From an uncultured virus (IMG/VR IMGVR_UViG_2875459517_000006) (lineage: Duplodnaviria; Heunggongvirae; Uroviricota; Caudoviricetes), in IMG/VR virus record IMGVR_UViG_2875459517_000006, positions 1 to 64,000 of that record: a DNA stretch of 64,000 nucleotides, one strand, 5' to 3'. Below the pieces are notes generated by a model, which ran no database searches, was not told the DNA's origin, and saw only the letters and a list, made by a program, of their open reading frames with translations. The first letter of the stretch is position 1, and each line of letters starts with the position of its first letter. The translations under genes were made by a program, and so were the position numbers. This document shows positions 59,422-64,000 of the stretch, piece by piece.

Positions 59422-60574
59422 TTAATCAACCACCCCTTCGCGTGAGTCGTCGATGATTCTAAATTCGTATTGACGCGCATATTTCAGCGGTACCCACACG
59501 CCGGATATAGGCGGCCACGCATCGTCTGAAATAACTAGCGCGGTGTCCTTAACTGCATGACCTTCAACAACGTCGCCCACACGAACCTCAGTCGGCTGCG
59601 GAGCGTTTAAGTATTCGTCTGGCACCGCCAAGCCTAACGCACGTCTTAGCGCGATTGCTTTACCGATATGGACGTTGAAGCAGTCGTCAGGGGCGGCTTT
59701 GGCGATTCCTTTTGCGTAAACCTTCCCGGTGCGGAGGCCTTTTAATAGCGCAACAACTGCTCGTTTATCGCTATTCACTACGAACTCCACTTTACAGGTT
59801 GCGACACTCCCCGTACCCGTTACATATCGTACGCCATCACCGTAATTAGACAGCTTCTCAACGTCCGCCTTCGACTGCTCAACGATTTCATCACGGCGGG
59901 CTTGTGCTCGATCTTTAATCGCCTCCTGTCCGCTCTTAGCGACTTTCTTCATTTCCTCGTTGTGGAGAAACGCAGTATATTCAATTGTCTGCGGAATAAC
60001 GAGGACATCTTTTCGTTCGTTTGCGTAGGCTTTTACGAATGCTTCTGAATATGGTGCCCCGATTAGAATATCGCCGAACCTCGACTTGCTTCCGATATAA
60101 TCCTCGCCTACCTTTTCGAATACTGTGCTCGCACTATCAATAGCCGTTTTATTTACGCTTTCCATTCCGTCAGCCTCCTCGTTTTTAACTTCGTTATTCA
60201 CTTACCCGCAACCACTTTTCCGCTGTTTTGATCGCGATCTCTGCGTGCTCAATCGTCAAGGGTTCCGTTCTCTCATCCGTCATAAATACTGCGTTACCGA
60301 CTCTTCCGCGCTCTTTATACCACATCATTACGACATAGCCGCCAAACCCTTCGTAAGTATCAGGCGCATAATTATCGTTTAAAGGTACGTATCCTATTGA
60401 TCCGCAAGAATCATCGTCTCGATCGGAATGTCCTAGTTCCTCCGATAACCTGCGCAGTTTACCCATCGTTGCACACGCCCAGTTATCCGGCGAAAACACG
60501 CCATTTTCGAAAGCGCAAACCGGATCAGATCCGTGCCAAGTCTTGCCGCGTTCTCTACATAATCGACATACCAT
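59422..60574 (-). other. Two hypothetical genes (59422-60201, 60194-60574)
   Basis: Overlapping ORFs; the first has the common phage motif 'GIAK..PDD.FN..IG.AIAL.RA'. Confidence 0.6.
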
Positions 60575-60592
60575 TCCGCAATCCCTCCTCGT

Positions 60593-60961
60593 TTAAAACC
60601 ATGTATTATCTACGCCTTCATTGCGATCGGCTCTTTGCTGTTCGGCTGCCAGACCGCTCACCGCCCGCTGTAAATTTCGTCCCATGTACGTCTGCATAAA
60701 TCCGAAGCTCAAGCCCGGATATTCAAGCGACGGTTTATATTCCGCGAAGCACAGATCGATGAATCGCTTCGTTATCTCCGGCCCATATGCGCCCGGCTTT
60801 TGTTTCGTACCGACCCAACGTCCGAGCATGCCAGCTTCGGCTTGGTAGCCGCGAAAAGGTGCGTAAGGGACGTCGTAGAGCCTTTCGTGCTCCGCTTTGA
60901 GGTACGCTTGGAAGTCGCGCGTATTCCAATTGGCGACCGGCTTTGATTCATACGTTGTCAT
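60593..60961 (-). CDS. Hypothetical protein, possible replication-initiator partner
   Basis: Helical domain with an aromatic C-terminal tip (TWF), between initiator and loader. Confidence 0.5.
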   Translation of the reverse strand: MTTYESKPVANWNTRDFQAYLKAEHERLYDVPYAPFRGYQAEAGMLGRWVGTKQKPGAYGPEITKRFIDLCFAEYKPSLEYPGLSFGFMQTYMGRNLQRAVSGLAAEQQRADRNEGVDNTWF

Positions 60962-62457
60962 CTTCTGACCTCCTCACGTAAGGCTTCGATTTCGTAGAGA
61001 AGGCGCCAAACGTGATGATTAAGGTGTTCGGGTACGCCGAGCTGTAGCGCTGATATTGCTTCGTTTAATTCGTACGGTGTCGGTCGTTTCATCGCGCGTT
61101 CACTCCTTCGATTTTGATTCCGAGAAGATTGAGCGTATTGATAACGCCATCCCTTTCGCATTCAAGGCTGAACGTAACGCCCCGGGATTGCGAAGTCCGT
61201 TGCTTTTCCTGAAGTTCGGCGAAATACTCGCGTACCCGGTCTTCCGGCGTCGCTTCGACTTCGTATTCGTTGACTAGTGCGGCTGCAAGCGTCAAGATGT
61301 CGAGGTCATTTAGCGAATAACAGTGATCCAACCATTCGCCTGTTGCGTGATGCTCAAGTACGTCTGATTTCGACCATCCCGTAGAATAAAGATGTAGTAA
61401 GGCATCCGCCTGTTCCTTCGTGATTGTCGGTGTCATTTTAACGCCTCCTTTGCGATATAGTTGAGATACAACGTCACTCATTTGGCGCGTATGTCATATC
61501 TTCATCGTACCTTTGGTTTGCGATATCCCAAGCTTCGTCGTAATCTAAGTTGTTAGTTTGAATAAATAAGTTCAGCAATTGAAGAATATAACTGTAATCA
61601 TCCGTCAGTTTTTCAAATTCTGCTTGTTTTTCCGCGCTCAACTCATTCACCAGGATAGTTCCCTTCATTTTAGCGCCTCCTTTGCGATTCTATTGATTTC
61701 CCTAAGAACGATATCTCCCTTAGAAATACTCGATACGGTCGCGATTGTACTAAGCGCAGGAACACAGCGCCGGAGTTCCTTATTCCGCAGTTCAAGCCGG
61801 TCATTCTTCGCCTTTAACCGCTCGTTCTCGCCAATCAAATCCGCCACAGCACAGCGTAATCGTTTAACTTCTTCGGTCACTTTAACGCCTCCTTTAGATC
61901 ATCTAACAGTTCAGCTTCCGCATATAATTCGCTCATATTATCTACATGCTTGTAAACCAATCCGACGACACTCTCGATGCCTTCCTCTAACCAATTAATT
62001 TTTTCCTTCAATCGCTCGTTCTCGCGCTTAAGTGTTCGTAATTCATCCGCAATGTCCTCCGCTCTTCTTAAATAACCATCAGCCATATTTTATTCGACCC
62101 CATTCCGTGTATTTTCGCGTTTTACCGCTGACCCTACCGATTGCCCTCGACCGCCAGTAAAGCCGCTATTTCCTCGCGAAACTCCCGTATTAATCGTGCT
62201 AATTCCGCCAGAGATGTCGCATCCGAGTCGCGCAACCGCCGATTCATTACGTCGAGTACTGCGCGTTCGACCGTTGAGTGGTACGCTACTTCGCGCCACT
62301 TTTCCTTCGGCGTCGGGTCAGCGTCCGGTTTTTCCGCAAGCTTCTTCGGCCAGTTCGGCGCTTTTGTCGGGTCGGTGAAATATCGTTCATTTACGATGAT
62401 GTTAAGCGAGTCGGACGTTAGTTTGTAATCCGGTGAGATCGGGATTTCAATCGCCAT
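60958..62457 (-). other. Cluster of small early hypothetical genes
   Basis: Chained ORFs with GGAGG RBSs (60958-, 61089-, 61474-, 61665-, 61877-, 62134-62457). Confidence 0.55.
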
Positions 62458-62639
62458 GGTTGGCGTCGCCTCCTTCGTTTATTAGTCGCAATACCTTGGC
62501 GCGCAAATCGGATGGAGTGCCGGTATATTCTCCGTCGTGATAATACTGCATTTCCGGATCTAGCTTTTTTAATCCGTCAAGAATAACGTGGAGTTCATTT
62601 TCGCTAAACATATCGCACACCCTTCCGTTTATTAATAAG

Positions 62640-62844
62640 ACCTAGCAATCGTTCGCTTACGCTCACTCTTGCGGATGTTCCTAATCGCGATAGAATTATT
62701 ATTTAATAAGTATCTGCGCGAAAAGGTTTTAATTGAGCGCTATTATTTATCTAGTTATTAATGGCTCTAGTTAAAAGATGGTTCTAGTTAGTGTAAAGTC
62801 GAGCCGTGTATGGGTCCGCCGTGTATGGCTCGGCGTCACACGGC
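62640..62844. other. Candidate replication origin
   Basis: GCCGTGTATGG x2 (62803, 62818) plus an inverted partial copy (62837); TCTAGTTA x3 (62750, 62766, 62783); AT-rich tract; directly downstream of the initiator gene. Confidence 0.7.
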
Positions 62845-63263
62845 TACGTAAGCTCCTCCGTATCTCCATCGAATATCGCAAGCTGACTGATCGGCATGAT
62901 CGTATACCTTGCGTTATCCCATCGCTGCGTCTTCGGGTCCCGCGCCTTCTGCTTTACGACTAACGGCCGCTCTTGCCATCGGTATTCGCACAGCGCTTTG
63001 ATCCGCCTGTTCGCCGCAGCTCGGCTGAGATTTAGCGCGCCGGCTATCTGATCCTGCGTCGGATAACATTCACCATTAGCGTTCATGAACGAAGACAGTA
63101 CGCAGAGAGTCTGCCAACGCTCCGCCCCGATGTCCGCGATAAGCCCTTTCTTGACGGCGTCGACGTACATCTTAACGAAGATGCGCGTTTCGGCCTTGCC
63201 GGACGTGACGTTGTATTCCGATTGAGATTCGACGGATACGAGTCGCTGATGTTCGTCGGTCAT
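62844..63263 (-). CDS. HTH replication initiator (N-terminal-domain type)
   Basis: 'G.CYPTQ.QIA..L.LSR..ANRRIK.L' (HTH_36-like); iteron-like repeats follow. Confidence 0.75.
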   Translation of the reverse strand: MTDEHQRLVSVESQSEYNVTSGKAETRIFVKMYVDAVKKGLIADIGAERWQTLCVLSSFMNANGECYPTQDQIAGALNLSRAAANRRIKALCEYRWQERPLVVKQKARDPKTQRWDNARYTIMPISQLAIFDGDTEELT

Positions 63264-63269
63264 TCGTTA

Positions 63270-63722
63270 TCACCCCGCCTCCATTTTCGATCCCATTACC
63301 GGGAACTCTGAGTAGTCTGAAAAATATAACGGCTGCTTCCCTCGTCCGTATCCGTTCATATCGACAACTTCGCGGAGCATGATCGAGATTTGTGAGCGCC
63401 CCTGCCATACCTCGAAAGGCAGATACGCAACTCTTCGATTTTCTAAATCTACAATCGCGAGAACATCGTAATCACTTTCCGTGTATGGTCGGTTAGCCCC
63501 GTTCGATTTTCGGTTATCGATGATCATACGGTACCCATCGTGGCTCATCTTCGTCTTAACCTGTATCTTTACGAACGAGCCGCCAATGTCTGCGACCAGA
63601 TCGTAATGCGTCCACGGAATATCTGGACTAAGACTAACAATTTCCCTTTTCGCTAAATCAGCCCGAACAATTTCCTCCGCTGCGTAACCGTAGAAATTCC
63701 GCTTACTTATTGCGCTACCCAT
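63270..63722 (-). CDS. PD-(D/E)XK endonuclease (homing-type)
   Basis: 'G..AE', 'YDLV.D', 'KIQVKT', 'Y...D.D.LA'. Confidence 0.75.
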   Translation of the reverse strand: MGSAISKRNFYGYAAEEIVRADLAKREIVSLSPDIPWTHYDLVADIGGSFVKIQVKTKMSHDGYRMIIDNRKSNGANRPYTESDYDVLAIVDLENRRVAYLPFEVWQGRSQISIMLREVVDMNGYGRGKQPLYFSDYSEFPVMGSKMEAG

Positions 63723-64000
63723 CCGACCACCTCCTCGTTTATAACTGCGTATTCAATCTCCAAAACGGACACTTTCTGATAAACTTTTTACAACCGATAA
63801 TATGCACGTCAAATTAATACCGCGCAAAAATGGTCAAAAAAAATAACCCGGCCGTATGGCCGAGTCATCGTCTCCGAGTTTTTCGTTTCTTATTTTTATT
63901 TTCTTGTATCTGAAGTAACGGCGAGTGCTTGCTATGCTCCTCTGTCAGTGCCTTTTTGGATAGGTGGGTGTAGCGCATTACCATACGGAGATCGCTATGG

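Overview
A 64-kb stretch of a temperate Bacillus (subtilis-group-like) siphovirus or prophage, encoded mostly on the minus strand. From right to left it carries five modules. (1) Replication: HTH initiator with candidate origin, DnaC-like loader, DnaB helicase and primase. (2) An arbitrium locus: aimR plus an unannotated 43-aa aimP ending in DIRVGA, followed by a sigma-like gene. (3) DNA and nucleotide metabolism: SSB, PolA, RNA ligase, Cas4-like nuclease, RuvC, nrdI-nrdE-nrdF with nrdE split by an HNH-carrying group I intron, dUTPase, thyX, dNMP kinase and an orphan DNA methyltransferase. (4) An accessory island at about 25.8-29.1 kb. (5) Packaging, head, tail and lysis genes. The most striking feature is absent from the ORF track: a 39-aa ORF at 28932-29051 (-), with a strong RBS and no signal peptide, that concatenates arbitrium-type hexapeptides (ELNPGA, GMPRGA, SIIRGA, SASRGA). 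GMPRGA is the SPbeta signal, and none of the four matches this phage's own peptide. I infer a multi-signal spoofing or jamming gene aimed at competing phages. All functional calls come from reading motifs and gene context; no database searches were run.
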